Sequence record: SRR31156797_1995
DNA length: 64,000 nt
Reading direction: 5' to 3' (one strand)
The notes beneath the pieces are model-generated. The model worked only from the letters and a program-made list of their open reading frames with translations. It did no database searches and had not been told where the DNA came from. Shown one piece after another: positions 19,757 to 30,150 of the stretch; the stretch's first letter is position 1; each line of letters starts with the position of its first letter. Position numbers and translations under genes: made by a program.

Positions 19757-20257
19757 ATGGAAATTAAAATTTTTAAGGGAGATATTACTACATTAAATGT
19801 AGATGTTATTGTTAATGCAGCAAACGTAAGTTTATTGGGAGGTGGTGGCGTTGATGGTGCAATTCATCGTGCAGCTGGTCATGAACTTCTGCAAGAGTGT
19901 AAAAAATTAAATGGATGTGCTACAGGAGATGCTAAGATTACCAAAGGTTACTTATTGCCTTGCCTACATATTATTCATACGGTTGGACCAATTTGGAAAA
20001 ATGGAAATGCAAGTGAGCCTAAACTATTAAAAAGTTGTTATAAAAAAAGTATAAAATTAGCGGAGAAAAATAAACTACAAAGCATAGCATTTCCGAACAT
20101 AAGTACTGGCGTGTATGGATATCCTAAAGTAGAAGCAGCACGTATAGCCTTAAAAACAGTAAAAAAACAACTGGCAAAATGTGAGCACCTAATCGAAGTA
20201 ATATTCTGCGTTTTCGATGATGAAAATTTAAAGATTTATAACGAACTACTCAAATAG
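19757..20257 (+). CDS. Macro-domain O-acetyl-ADP-ribose deacetylase (YmdB-like)
   Basis: [41 protein letters not shown]. Confidence 0.92.
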   Translation: MEIKIFKGDITTLNVDVIVNAANVSLLGGGGVDGAIHRAAGHELLQECKKLNGCATGDAKITKGYLLPCLHIIHTVGPIWKNGNASEPKLLKSCYKKSIKLAEKNKLQSIAFPNISTGVYGYPKVEAARIALKTVKKQLAKCEHLIEVIFCVFDDENLKIYNELLK

Positions 20258-20684
20258 TAATGGTTTCTTCCACAACCTCATCGAATTTCCAACGCTTGTA
20301 TTTCCCCCAATTTAACATTTGATCATAACCTTTCTCTTCAAGAAACACAATCACGTTTTGGGTTTTTAAACTTAAATCACAATATAAAATTAGCTTTTTG
20401 TTTTTAGGTATTTCGGAGTACCACTGATCGACTTTATCATGGGGAAAATTTTTAGCTCCTGGTATGTGACCTAAAAGAAAATTCTCTTCTTCCCTCACAT
20501 CCAAAATCCATATATCTTCATGATCCTGTTTCGACAATAACAGAAGCTCATCTGGTGAAAGGTATTTCTTCAAATCTTCTCCACGTTTAGTAATGTACCC
20601 ATAATAATCCGGCACATGAATAAAATACCAATACACTCCAAAAATAAGTGCCAATACCGAAAAAATAACCAATATTACATCCAT
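20250..20684 (-). CDS. Membrane-anchored rhodanese-like domain protein
   Basis: N-terminal TM helix, ILDVRE, GHIPGA, ILYC active-site loop; likely start ATG 20684. Confidence 0.8.
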   Translation of the reverse strand: MDVILVIFSVLALIFGVYWYFIHVPDYYGYITKRGEDLKKYLSPDELLLLSKQDHEDIWILDVREEENFLLGHIPGAKNFPHDKVDQWYSEIPKNKKLILYCDLSLKTQNVIVFLEEKGYDQMLNWGKYKRWKFDEVVEETITI

Positions 20685-20779
20685 AGTACAATCCAATAGT
20701 AGAGAAAAAATAGCTCTTAGTTCGCAAGTATGCAAAAAAAAATCTCCTTTCGGAGATTTTTATATCAATTTTAAATCAA

Positions 20780-21247
20780 TTATCGTTTCATTGTAGCTAT
20801 AAATGTATCCTCATCAAGGAAAAAATCCAATGCATCGTTAATAGATGGCACAATTACATCAACATGATCGATTATATCCTTATGAATACCTTCGCTTTGC
20901 AAAGTTGCAATGGATACAATTGATTGAACAAAAAGTCCAATATCAATACGAGCATTGCCAATTGCAGCAACATTATTACTTCCAAGAGATAACAATACAT
21001 CTTCTTTTTCTCTTGAATTGTTCGCTTCATAATAAGCAATCCCACTCGATAAAGCTAAAGCACGTGCATTCCCTCTTTGATCCGAAGAAATCATAACCAC
21101 ATTTACACCTAAACTTTGAAGGCGATGAATTCTTTCAACTACACCAGGAACCATCTCACCTTTGACGGTTAATGTTCCATTCGAATCTACCACCAAGGTA
21201 TCGATAGTAATCGTTCCAACACCAGGAACCGCAAAATTTAAACTCAT
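20780..21247 (-). CDS. HAD-superfamily soluble P-type ATPase-like protein
   Basis: LVVDSNGTL, ISSDQRG, K, AIGNARID HAD motifs; 155 aa. Confidence 0.75.
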   Translation of the reverse strand: MSLNFAVPGVGTITIDTLVVDSNGTLTVKGEMVPGVVERIHRLQSLGVNVVMISSDQRGNARALALSSGIAYYEANNSREKEDVLLSLGSNNVAAIGNARIDIGLFVQSIVSIATLQSEGIHKDIIDHVDVIVPSINDALDFFLDEDTFIATMKR

Positions 21248-21368
21248 AGATTAATGTTTTAATTCTATCACAAAATAATGGTTTTTAAACGATTAAAACA
21301 GGTTTAAAAACACACTTATTTACTTCACTATTCAATAAATTGGGTATTTATACCCTTGCAAAATAATT

Positions 21369-23000
21369 TTAAAAACGATAACTCACTCCAACCGAAAGGT
21401 TCTCTTTAAACTGAACTTTCGACCCGGTATCATCATCGGATATGATATGTGTTGAAATCTTAGTAGACAAATATTGATTGATTGGCATTGTTAAAATTAA
21501 TTCCCAATCAATATCAATATTCTTAGGTTTTTCGGAATAGTTAGAATAAAGCGAAACTTTGTTCTGCAATTCCATATCCTCCCAAAATTTCAACTTATGA
21601 GAAAAATTAACATACGAACCAACCTCTTTTTTCACTTTCTCATCTTCATCGATACCATATTGAGTTTGATCAATTAGAATTGTATCATTTACAATTGTGT
21701 ATTTAGCTGATAAAGGCGAAAGAAGTATTGATAAGTTTTTATTTGGCTTATAATCCATACCAATTGAAGCAATAATATAAGCAGGAGCAAAAAAGTTCGA
21801 TTTCAGTTTTCTTGAGCTATCCGCTGGATAATCATAACCTTTTAACATTTGTGTTTTAAGATTAAACTGTGCTGAATAATACCAATTCTTAACCGCTTTC
21901 TGCCCATACTTGGTATTGAATTCAATTTTATCTTCATTTTTTCTAAAGCCATTATCTCCAGATTTCAGCAGACCATATTTTACATTTAAACTATTGTCCC
22001 AAGTATGTTTTCCCTTTTTATAATTGGCAAAAGCATTAATGGTTGAAAGTGTAGCTATAGAACTCTCGCCACCTCCAGACCAGCTATCACTAACATGCCC
22101 CTGATTAAAAGACAAACCAATTGTTGCTCCCAATTTCCATATCTGCGAATACCGCTTATATCGTCCTAGTTTAGCTAACTTATATTGATCTGCAGACATC
22201 TTCTTAACCAGTCTTACACTTGTTCCTCTAACTTTCGATCTTTGAACGGATTGTTGATAAACATCATCATCAACCAAAATCCGCACTGACCTATCTGTAG
22301 TATTTTGAATCCAAATTCCAATTGAATCCCGTTTATTTTTTTTCAGCCAAAACCTCTTAAAATCTTGTTTCCCATTATTAATCCAAAACTTAACAGAATC
22401 ATTCATGAAATTTTTTACGCCCAGAAATACAGAATCCCTGCTTATCTCTCTTAACCACTGATGAACAGGATCCTTCTCTACATAATTATACAATTCAGTT
22501 AAGGCTTCACCCTTCCATGAATTATTATCTGGTACTTCTTGTATTTGATCTAAATTCGGTTGATAACTTAAAACTCTTTCCAATTCAGCTTGCTTTTTAA
22601 CCTCGCGCAAAGCATCCTCTGTTTTTCTATTGTCAATATATTCCTTTAGATAGAAAACCATATTACGGATACTATCGTTTTTTACATATTCCAATAAAGT
22701 GTTTACAGCTTCTTGCACAGAATCAGTTTGATGATTTTGTTTCGAATAGTCCATAGCTAGTTCTCTCACAATAAATCTAAAACCAACATTATTGAGGTGA
22801 TACAAAGGATCTTGAATTTGAGTTAAGACCGAATCATGAGCAAAATGTTTTAAAGAATCGGTAGAATTTTGCTTTAAACGATACATTGATTCGTCTAAAC
22901 GAATCGTATCAATTAATATGGAATCTTTCTGAACTTTTGTTTGAGCAAATAAAGCAACTGGCTGAATTAATATCAGTAAAATACAAAAAAAACGAATCAT
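21369..23000 (-). CDS. DUF3078 domain outer-membrane protein
   Basis: Signal peptide; C-terminal barrel with WSGGGES, RKNEDK, NFFAPAY, QFKENLSVGVSYRF. Confidence 0.8.
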   Translation of the reverse strand: MIRFFCILLILIQPVALFAQTKVQKDSILIDTIRLDESMYRLKQNSTDSLKHFAHDSVLTQIQDPLYHLNNVGFRFIVRELAMDYSKQNHQTDSVQEAVNTLLEYVKNDSIRNMVFYLKEYIDNRKTEDALREVKKQAELERVLSYQPNLDQIQEVPDNNSWKGEALTELYNYVEKDPVHQWLREISRDSVFLGVKNFMNDSVKFWINNGKQDFKRFWLKKNKRDSIGIWIQNTTDRSVRILVDDDVYQQSVQRSKVRGTSVRLVKKMSADQYKLAKLGRYKRYSQIWKLGATIGLSFNQGHVSDSWSGGGESSIATLSTINAFANYKKGKHTWDNSLNVKYGLLKSGDNGFRKNEDKIEFNTKYGQKAVKNWYYSAQFNLKTQMLKGYDYPADSSRKLKSNFFAPAYIIASIGMDYKPNKNLSILLSPLSAKYTIVNDTILIDQTQYGIDEDEKVKKEVGSYVNFSHKLKFWEDMELQNKVSLYSNYSEKPKNIDIDWELILTMPINQYLSTKISTHIISDDDTGSKVQFKENLSVGVSYRF

Positions 23001-23240
23001 GGGCGTAGTTCTGTTCTTATTTAAAAATTATTGGGCTTTTGGAACTTACACAAATACATACAACGAATCAGTGTTAGATATGGCACTTGCAAAAATGTCA
23101 AAATTATTTCGTTCTTAAAAGAAATAATGAAGTCAATCTTATCAAAAAACAGACCAAAAATAAGGGGTTTCAACCTTCCCCTCCAATTCAAACGTTTGCA
23201 TTTTCTTGTTCAAGTATTTTTATATCAACAGAAATTAATT

Positions 23241-23248
23241 TAAATTTG
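23241..23248 (+). promoter_or_regulatory. Probable -7 promoter element for the tnaA leader
   Basis: TAAATTTG matches TAnnTTTG and ends 23 nt upstream of a small ORF. Confidence 0.5.
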
Positions 23249-23271
23249 GCGAAGTAGAAAAATCAGAACCT

Positions 23272-23352
23272 ATGGAAATAAAATATCAACTTCCAAAACT
23301 GACACACAAAGTCTACCTTAACATCAAAAATAGAGACGAGTTTCACTTCTAA
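23272..23352 (+). CDS. Putative leader peptide (26 aa) upstream of tryptophanase
   Basis: ATG 23272 to TAA 23352 encodes MEIKYQLPKLTHKVYLNIKNRDEFHF; too short for the ORF track. Confidence 0.45.
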   Translation: MEIKYQLPKLTHKVYLNIKNRDEFHF

Positions 23353-23567
23353 ACTCGTTTAGGGATTATTCGTCCCAACATTTCCAAATTAATTTACTAA
23401 CAGCAATAACTGAATAGCATAAATCTATTTGGTTAAATTGTTCGTATACCTATACAAACTAGTGCCAACCCAGACATTTACAAGAATCAAAATGATAAAA
23501 TCATTTGAAGCTTAGTTTGTGATGGCATGTACAATCAAGAAAATTAACAACATTCAATATAATTATC

Positions 23568-24947
23568 ATGAAATTACCATTTGCAGAATCATATAAAATT
23601 AAGATGGTTGAAACCATCAGAAGAAGCACTCGTGAAGAAAGAGAACAATGGCTTAAAGAAGCCAATTACAATCTGTTCAATCTAAAAAGTGATCATGTTT
23701 TTATTGACTTACTTACCGATTCGGGTACAGGTGCAATGAGTGACAAACAGTGGTCGGCAATGATGCTTGGCGACGAAAGTTATGCTGGTGCTCGCTCGTA
23801 TTACAATATGAAATCAGCCTTAAAAAACATTTTGGGTTTCGATCACTTTCTTCCTACTCACCAGGGACGTGCAGCTGAAAATGTACTATTCTCGGTATTA
23901 GTAAAAGATGGAGATATCGTTCCAGGAAATTCACATTTTGACACAACCAAAGGTCACATTGAATTTAGAAAAGCTAAAGCAGTAGATTGTACTATCGATG
24001 AAGCTTTTGATACAGAAATTGATCATCCTTTTAAAGGTAATCTGGATTTAATCAAATTGGAATCAGTTCTTTCAACTTATCCAAAAGAGCAAGTTCCGAT
24101 GATTATTGTTACTGTAACTTGTAACACATCTGGAGGACAGCCTGTTTCTATGGCAAATATAAAAGCGGTTAAAGAATTAGCAGACAAATATGAAATTCCT
24201 GTTTGTTTCGATTCGGCGCGTTTTGCTGAGAACGCATACTTTATTAAAACTCGCGAAGAAGGATATCAAGATAAAACAATCAAAGAGATTGTGAAGGAAA
24301 TGTATTCGTATGCTGATATGGCTACCATGAGTTCTAAAAAAGATGCTATTGTAAACATGGGTGGTTTCATTGGAATGAGAAGTAAAGAGCTTTGGAAGCA
24401 AGCATCTACTTATAATATCATGTTCGAGGGATATGTAACCTATGGTGGAATGTCTGGTCGTGATATGAATGCATTGGCTCAAGGTCTTGATGAAGGAACA
24501 GAATTCGAATATCTTGAAACACGTATCAAGCAGGTTGAATATTTAGGCGGAAAATTAGACGAATATGGTATCCCATTCCAAAAGCCAATTGGAGGTCATG
24601 CTATTTTTGTTGATGCCAAGAAAATTTTGGGTCACATTCCAAAAGAAGAATACCAGGCACAAACTTTAGGTTGTGAATTGTATTTAGAAGCTGGAATTCG
24701 TGGTGTTGAAATTGGAACCATTCTTGCCGACAGAGACCCTGAGACCAGAGAGAACAGATATCCTGAATTAGAACTGTTGCGTTTGGCTATTCCTAGAAGA
24801 ACCTACACAAACAATCACATGGATGTAATTGCTGCTGCTCTTAAAAATGTTTACGATCGCAGAAACGAAATTAAGCATGGATTTAAAATTGTTGATGAAG
24901 CTCCAATTATGAGACACTTCACCGTTCAGTTAGAGAAAATCGACTAA
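23568..24947 (+). CDS. tnaA: Tryptophanase
   Basis: DLLTDSGT, HQGRAAE, MSSKKD (PLP lysine). GVEIG (Ile where tyrosine phenol-lyase has Arg) and MRHFT (His where TPL has Phe) favour TnaA over TPL. Confidence 0.9.
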   Translation: MKLPFAESYKIKMVETIRRSTREEREQWLKEANYNLFNLKSDHVFIDLLTDSGTGAMSDKQWSAMMLGDESYAGARSYYNMKSALKNILGFDHFLPTHQGRAAENVLFSVLVKDGDIVPGNSHFDTTKGHIEFRKAKAVDCTIDEAFDTEIDHPFKGNLDLIKLESVLSTYPKEQVPMIIVTVTCNTSGGQPVSMANIKAVKELADKYEIPVCFDSARFAENAYFIKTREEGYQDKTIKEIVKEMYSYADMATMSSKKDAIVNMGGFIGMRSKELWKQASTYNIMFEGYVTYGGMSGRDMNALAQGLDEGTEFEYLETRIKQVEYLGGKLDEYGIPFQKPIGGHAIFVDAKKILGHIPKEEYQAQTLGCELYLEAGIRGVEIGTILADRDPETRENRYPELELLRLAIPRRTYTNNHMDVIAAALKNVYDRRNEIKHGFKIVDEAPIMRHFTVQLEKID

Positions 24948-24974
24948 GACAAAATCAAATCTTTATATTGCAAG

Positions 24975-24999
24975 GCTCCCTTCGGGGAGCTTTTTTTTT
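24975..24999 (+). terminator. Intrinsic terminator of tnaA
   Basis: GCTCCC-TTCG-GGGAGC followed by T9. Confidence 0.88.
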
Positions 25000-25158
25000 A
25001 ATTTAAATAAAGAAATCAGTCTTTAATAATTTTTATTTTTTAGTACGTATAAAATTCCTTAATTTTAGAAAAGATCAATAAATCAGAGAAATAAACAAAC
25101 CAACACAAACCTTTAATAAAGAAAAAAAGAAGCAAATCCTAACCTAAATTAACAAGCT

Positions 25159-25485
25159 ATGACTACAATTGATCTTAAAGTAACACTACAATTAAACGAG
25201 GAAGAATACTTTAAAGTAGGTGATCACATTTTCACTAAAAATGACAATTTAAAGTCTCTTGAAGATAAACTACATTTCTGTGGATCCTCTGCCATTAAAA
25301 TCTTTAAGGAATACGAAAGTCTTTTAACCATGGAAATCATGAACGATTGGTCGAGACTGATTAAGGCATTAAACCAAACCACTTCGTGTTGTGCTGTTTG
25401 GGATAATAAAAAAATTATAACCGAATTGGTAGAAAAAAGAGAACATCCCGTATCCTGGTATGTTAAGAATTGCAGAATTTGTTAA
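25159..25485 (+). CDS. Hypothetical Cys-containing protein
   Basis: 108 aa; A-rich start context; terminator-like hairpin shared with the convergent gene (about 25505-25536). Confidence 0.7.
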   Translation: MTTIDLKVTLQLNEEEYFKVGDHIFTKNDNLKSLEDKLHFCGSSAIKIFKEYESLLTMEIMNDWSRLIKALNQTTSCCAVWDNKKIITELVEKREHPVSWYVKNCRIC

Positions 25486-25535
25486 TTGCCCTCTAAATTA
25501 TTACAAAAGGACTTTCTATATAGAAAGTCTTTTTT

Positions 25536-26222
25536 TTATGGACTTACTGCATAATAAACTGCAATAAAATGAGACAAGCTGCCACCAAACACAAACAAGT
25601 GCCAAATAAAATGATTGAATGATAACCTTTTCCACACATAGAACACAACGCCTAACATGTAAAAAAAGCCTCCAACAAATATCCACTTGAGACTTAAAAC
25701 AGGAAGGGAAGAACTAAACGCTTTAAAATTGAAGACAAGAATCCATGCCATAAAAAGATAGAGTAGTAAAGATATCCAACGGTATTTTCCCAATAAATAG
25801 AGCTTGTATATGGTTCCCAACAACACCAAAATCCACAATATTGCCAAATACATTTTCCCTACAAAATTATCCAGATAAATCACAAGAAAAGGTGTATATG
25901 TTCCAGCAATCATTATAAAAATACTAATGTGATCGAGCTTACGGAACAAACTCCTTCTGGGATGATCAACCATATAATGATACAGCGATGAAGAACTATA
26001 AAGAATCAAAAATCCTAAAATGAATATCAAAACCGCGATGAATCCTTGCCAAGTCTGAGTTTGCCAGGAAGTATAAAGCAACCAACTTCCAGCCGGTACT
26101 ACAAACAATATACCCAGTGAGTGCGAAATCCAATTCATCAATTCATGAATCGATTCTTTGTCTGTTAAAAATCTCTTCTTCTCTCCCTCTGCCCAACTTA
26201 TTAATATTAAGATCCACTTCAT
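25536..26222 (-). CDS. Hemolysin III / PAQR family membrane protein
   Basis: ELMNWISH, SSLYH, RKLDHISIFIMIAGTYTP, HFIWHLFV. Confidence 0.92.
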   Translation of the reverse strand: MKWILILISWAEGEKKRFLTDKESIHELMNWISHSLGILFVVPAGSWLLYTSWQTQTWQGFIAVLIFILGFLILYSSSSLYHYMVDHPRRSLFRKLDHISIFIMIAGTYTPFLVIYLDNFVGKMYLAILWILVLLGTIYKLYLLGKYRWISLLLYLFMAWILVFNFKAFSSSLPVLSLKWIFVGGFFYMLGVVFYVWKRLSFNHFIWHLFVFGGSLSHFIAVYYAVSP

Positions 26223-26470
26223 AGTGCGTATTTAAAGATTATAGCTCTTGTATCTAATGTCTGAAAAAGAAATGAACTTTCAAAAAACAGGAATTCAATT
26301 TACACTCAATACAAATAGTTTCACATCCCTTTATATAAAAGGCGTTTGGAATTGAGATGATCACATAATTTCCTTCAGTAAAAGAAAATATGCGCAACAA
26401 CACATTCTACATGTTTTCATATTTATATATTGCGAAATCTAAACATCTTAATAACTATAATTGTAACGAC

Positions 26471-27358
26471 ATGAAAAAATTAGCTGTCCTGGTTTTAAGT
26501 ATCATTTGTATTTATACAAGTTATGCACAAGAAACTAAACTATCTCCTTATTTTAAGGTTGGCAATTCATCGGAGAACATTAATACCTTAGCTGATCAAA
26601 TTAAGACACAACTTCAATCTAAAAAATTTAAAATTATTGGTGATTATCAACCAGAGTCGAATTCAAACCTGAAAGTTATTTGTTTCAAAAGAAGCGATTT
26701 GAATGAACTTTGTTTAAAATCGAAAGATCGTGGCGCTTTGGCTAGTGTGTTAAAAGTTGGTTTAGTTAAAAAAGGTGATAATATCGATATCAGTCTGCTT
26801 AACCCAGACTATATGTTTTGTGCATATTTACAAAATTACGAAACGGATAAAAACAAATTTACCTCAATTACCAATGATGTAAAAAATGCACTAAGTTCTA
26901 TTGGTTCAGAGTTCTCAAAATTTGGTGGAGAAGTTAAAATTCCTGCTTTAAAGAAGTATCATTATAAAATGATGATGCCATACTTTAAAGATCCGGTTGA
27001 ACTAAACGAATTTGCAAGTTTTGAAGAAGGTCTGGAGTTGATTCGTAAAAACCTAAAAGTTGAAACAGGAAATACAAAATTGATTTACGAGCAAATTTTC
27101 CCTGATAAAAAAACTGCCGTTTTTGGAATTGGATTACTTGATGCTGAAGATGGAGAGAAACATTTCTTACCAATAATTGGAGAAGATCATATCGCTGCTA
27201 TGCCTTATGATATAATATTACAAGGAAATCAGGTAACCATGCTTCATGGGAAATATCGATTTGCTCTTTATTGGCCAGAACTTACAATGGGGACTTTCAT
27301 GAAAATAATGAGCACACCAGGCGATGTAGAAGATTTTATGGAGAATATTACCAAATAG
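26471..27358 (+). CDS. Exported hypothetical protein
   Basis: Signal peptide MKKLAVLVLSIICIYTSYAQ from ATG 26471; conserved-looking YHYKMMMPYF and MGTFMKIMSTPG segments. Confidence 0.7.
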   Translation: MKKLAVLVLSIICIYTSYAQETKLSPYFKVGNSSENINTLADQIKTQLQSKKFKIIGDYQPESNSNLKVICFKRSDLNELCLKSKDRGALASVLKVGLVKKGDNIDISLLNPDYMFCAYLQNYETDKNKFTSITNDVKNALSSIGSEFSKFGGEVKIPALKKYHYKMMMPYFKDPVELNEFASFEEGLELIRKNLKVETGNTKLIYEQIFPDKKTAVFGIGLLDAEDGEKHFLPIIGEDHIAAMPYDIILQGNQVTMLHGKYRFALYWPELTMGTFMKIMSTPGDVEDFMENITK

Positions 27359-27471
27359 ACTGCACCGTACATTATCTTATCCCCGATGTTTTTGCTTCGG
27401 GGATTTTTTATTGATCGAATCTACAATTTTTGATACCTTGGCAATCATTAAAAACTTTTGACCAATAAAAC

Positions 27472-28230
27472 ATGAAAAAACTACTTGTTACTATATTTAT
27501 TAGCGGAATGTTCTTCTCCTGTGCAGAGATGCAAGCCGTTCTCGAGCAATACAATTTTGAACAAACAGCTCCCTTAACAAGCGGAGAAGTTTCTACCGGA
27601 TTAAAGGAAGCTCTTAAAGTTGGAAGTGTAAATGCTGCCAATATTTTATCAATAGAAGATGGCTTTTATAAAGACGAATTGGTTAAAATCTTATTGCCAC
27701 CCGAGGCACAAACTATTACTAAAAATATTAGTTTGATTCCTGGTGGTAAAGATTTGGTTGATAAAGTAGAAATTCGACTAAACAGAGCAGCTGAAGATGC
27801 GGTAAAAGAAGCAGCACCGATTTTTGCATCTGCAATTACCGAAATGAGCATTGCCGATGCTTTTGGTATCTTAAAAGGTGGCGACAATGCTGCAACCCAA
27901 TATCTACAGAATAAAACTACAGGCAAATTAAAAGACCTGTTTTTACCAAAAGTAAAAGCTTCGCTTGATAAAAAGCTGATTGCTAACATATCAACCAACG
28001 AATCGTGGAATTTACTTACAGGAAATTACAATAAAGTTGCAGGTAGTTTTGCTGGTAAATTGGCAAATCTTGAACCCGTAAATACTCAATTAGACGAATA
28101 CGTTGCTGATAAAGCCCTTCAAGCTCTATTTCTAAAGGTTGCAGAAGAGGAAAAACAAATTAGAAAAGATCCTTTAAAAAGAGTGAACAGCATTCTTAAA
28201 AGAGTGTTTGGTGAATTGGACAAATCTTAA
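27472..28230 (+). CDS. DUF4197 family lipoprotein
   Basis: Lipobox FFSC, GLKEAL, LNRAAEDA, EEKQIRKDP. Confidence 0.88.
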   Translation: MKKLLVTIFISGMFFSCAEMQAVLEQYNFEQTAPLTSGEVSTGLKEALKVGSVNAANILSIEDGFYKDELVKILLPPEAQTITKNISLIPGGKDLVDKVEIRLNRAAEDAVKEAAPIFASAITEMSIADAFGILKGGDNAATQYLQNKTTGKLKDLFLPKVKASLDKKLIANISTNESWNLLTGNYNKVAGSFAGKLANLEPVNTQLDEYVADKALQALFLKVAEEEKQIRKDPLKRVNSILKRVFGELDKS

Positions 28231-28233
28231 ATT

Positions 28234-28776
28234 ATGGAACTATTATCGAATAGGCTACAATTATCAAAGCTTGAGTTAAATCACGCGAAAGATTTCTACA
28301 AATATCGAAGCGATGCAGAAACCAATAAGTACCAAGGATGGATTCCTTATGCATTAGAAGATTGTTCGCATTTTATAAAAAATAAAATCGCTACACAAAT
28401 TAATACTCCCAACACCTGGTATCAACTGGCAATTCTAAAAAATGACACTTCAGAATTAATTGGAGATGTAGGCATTCATTTTCTCGAAGATGAACATCAG
28501 GTTGAAATAGGTTGCACTCTTAATAAGGAACATCACGGAAAGGGATATGCTCAAGAAGCTCTTACAGAAGTAATCAGTTTTCTTTTTAACAATCTTAACA
28601 AACATAGAATAACAGCTTCGGTAGATCCAGATAATTTAGCCTCGATAAAGATGGTTAAAAAACTCGGTTTTAGAAAGGAAGCACACTTTAAAGAGAGCCT
28701 AAACATTGACGGAACTTGGGTAGATGATGTAATATTTGCAATTCTTAATAGAGAATGGAAAGCCCGTACAATCTAA
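28234..28776 (+). CDS. GNAT N-acetyltransferase (RimJ/RimL type)
   Basis: EIGCTL..HHGKGYA, NLASIKMVKKLGF. Confidence 0.88.
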   Translation: MELLSNRLQLSKLELNHAKDFYKYRSDAETNKYQGWIPYALEDCSHFIKNKIATQINTPNTWYQLAILKNDTSELIGDVGIHFLEDEHQVEIGCTLNKEHHGKGYAQEALTEVISFLFNNLNKHRITASVDPDNLASIKMVKKLGFRKEAHFKESLNIDGTWVDDVIFAILNREWKARTI

Positions 28777-28826
28777 TCTCCTCATTATAACATTGATATA
28801 ATTAAAAACAATTTTTTATAAAATTG

Positions 28827-29017
28827 TTTGGTATAAAGAATTTTTAATTACCTTTGGCGTGTTATAAAGTCAATAGGATGAACATCTCCTCTTTTAATTT
28901 CATTATCATTCGTTACTCTTTCATTCCCTTCCGGAATAAAAATTAATAGGATCGTTACTGGTATTACAGAGAGTTAAAGACTTTCAGCATTAAATTATTA
29001 TTATTAAAAAAATTACC
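28827..29017 (+). promoter_or_regulatory. Promoter and long (about 155 nt) 5' UTR of a cold-shock gene
   Basis: TTTG 28827-28830 and TACCTTTG 28849-28856, with the ATG at 29018. Long UTRs are typical of cspA-type genes. Confidence 0.55.
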
Positions 29018-29209
29018 ATGGAAGGAACAGTAAAATTCTTTAACGAGTCAAAAGGTTTTGGATTTATTAAACCAGCAGATTCAAGTGAAGACATCTTCGT
29101 ACACGTATCAGGTCTTGTTGACGAAATTCAAGACAATGACAAAGTTGAGTACGACGTTGAAAAAGGAAGAAAAGGTTTAAACGCCGTTAATGTAAGAGTA
29201 ATCGACTAA
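29018..29209 (+). CDS. Cold-shock protein (CspA family)
   Basis: GTVKFFNESKGFGFI, DIFVH; 63 aa. Confidence 0.95.
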   Translation: MEGTVKFFNESKGFGFIKPADSSEDIFVHVSGLVDEIQDNDKVEYDVEKGRKGLNAVNVRVID

Positions 29210-29232
29210 TTAGATTACTTTGATATTGAAAT

Positions 29233-29264
29233 AAAAAAAAGCAGCCAAATGGCTGCTTTTTTTT
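29233..29264. terminator. Bidirectional intrinsic terminator
   Basis: A8-GCAGCC-AAAT-GGCTGC-T8 between the convergent cold-shock genes. Confidence 0.85.
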
Positions 29265-29404
29265 GTTTTGGTCTAATATGTAATTCACATTTACATGTGA
29301 AAGCTTACTTTTTAAGAAATATTATTACAATACAAAACTGACGATAAGCTATTAGCAAATCGTCAGTAATATACAATTGTATTATTTTATATCTAAAATA
29401 TAGA

Positions 29405-29863
29405 TTACTTTTTAATCAAAGTTACATTCACAGCATTCATTCCCTTAGGACCTCTTTCTGTTTCGTAAGTAACCTTATCATTTTCTTTGATATGATCTAC
29501 CAAACCATTAACGTGAACGAATACACTTTCTTTAGTTACCAGATCTTTAATAAACCCATAACCTTTGCTATCATTAAAGAAACTAACAATACCTTCTCTT
29601 CCACCTGCTTCTTCTTCAGCGTCACCACTATTACGAGCACCTAATACGATATCTTCAACATTAATCTCTTCCTTCTTCTTATTTGGATCTGGAGGAGTTG
29701 AAGTAATGTTACCAAACTCATCAGTGTAGGCAATCATATCTTCGAATGATTTTCCACCACCTGCTTCTTTACGTGCTTCTTTACGTGCTTCCTTCTCTTT
29801 TCTCTTCTGAAGTTTTCTTTTCTCTTTTTCCTTTTTGTTGTAAGTTTCTTGCGATCTAGCCAT
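29405..29863 (-). CDS. Cold-shock domain protein with basic N-terminal extension (Bacteroidota type)
   Basis: MARSQETYNKKEKEK, MIAYTDEFGNITSTPPDP, C-terminal CSD (FFNDSKGYGFI). Confidence 0.92.
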   Translation of the reverse strand: MARSQETYNKKEKEKRKLQKRKEKEARKEARKEAGGGKSFEDMIAYTDEFGNITSTPPDPNKKKEEINVEDIVLGARNSGDAEEEAGGREGIVSFFNDSKGYGFIKDLVTKESVFVHVNGLVDHIKENDKVTYETERGPKGMNAVNVTLIKK

Positions 29864-30150
29864 AAAATTTTTAACGATACATTAATGATTTCTAAAACCT
29901 TAATGAATCAAATCCAGTAATTATTACTCTTTACTTTCACACTTCAAAAAGGTCTTGCAATGTACGCATTTATTCTAAGAATTCCCTACTTTTTTCCACT
30001 GCATAAATTATAGAGACAAAAAGATGTTAAAACAAATAGAATCAGCAACATTACACAGATATTTTACAATCTAATTATTGTGATCTTAATAAATGATATT
30101 TACATTTGTTACAATCCAAATACTATTAAAATAAAGCAAGTAATACAATT

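Noticed and set aside
23031..23243. 70-aa ORF upstream of tnaA
   Set aside because: TTG start, overlaps the divergent promoter region, and lies upstream of the likely -7 element; the 26-aa ORF is the better leader candidate.
23568..24947. Tyrosine phenol-lyase assignment
   Set aside because: Lacks the TPL-diagnostic Arg (has VEIG, not MERG) and has RHFT rather than RFFT.
29762..29792. 12-nt direct repeat (TGCTTCTTTACG)
   Set aside because: Simply encodes KEARKEARKEA in the low-complexity N-terminus of the CSD protein.
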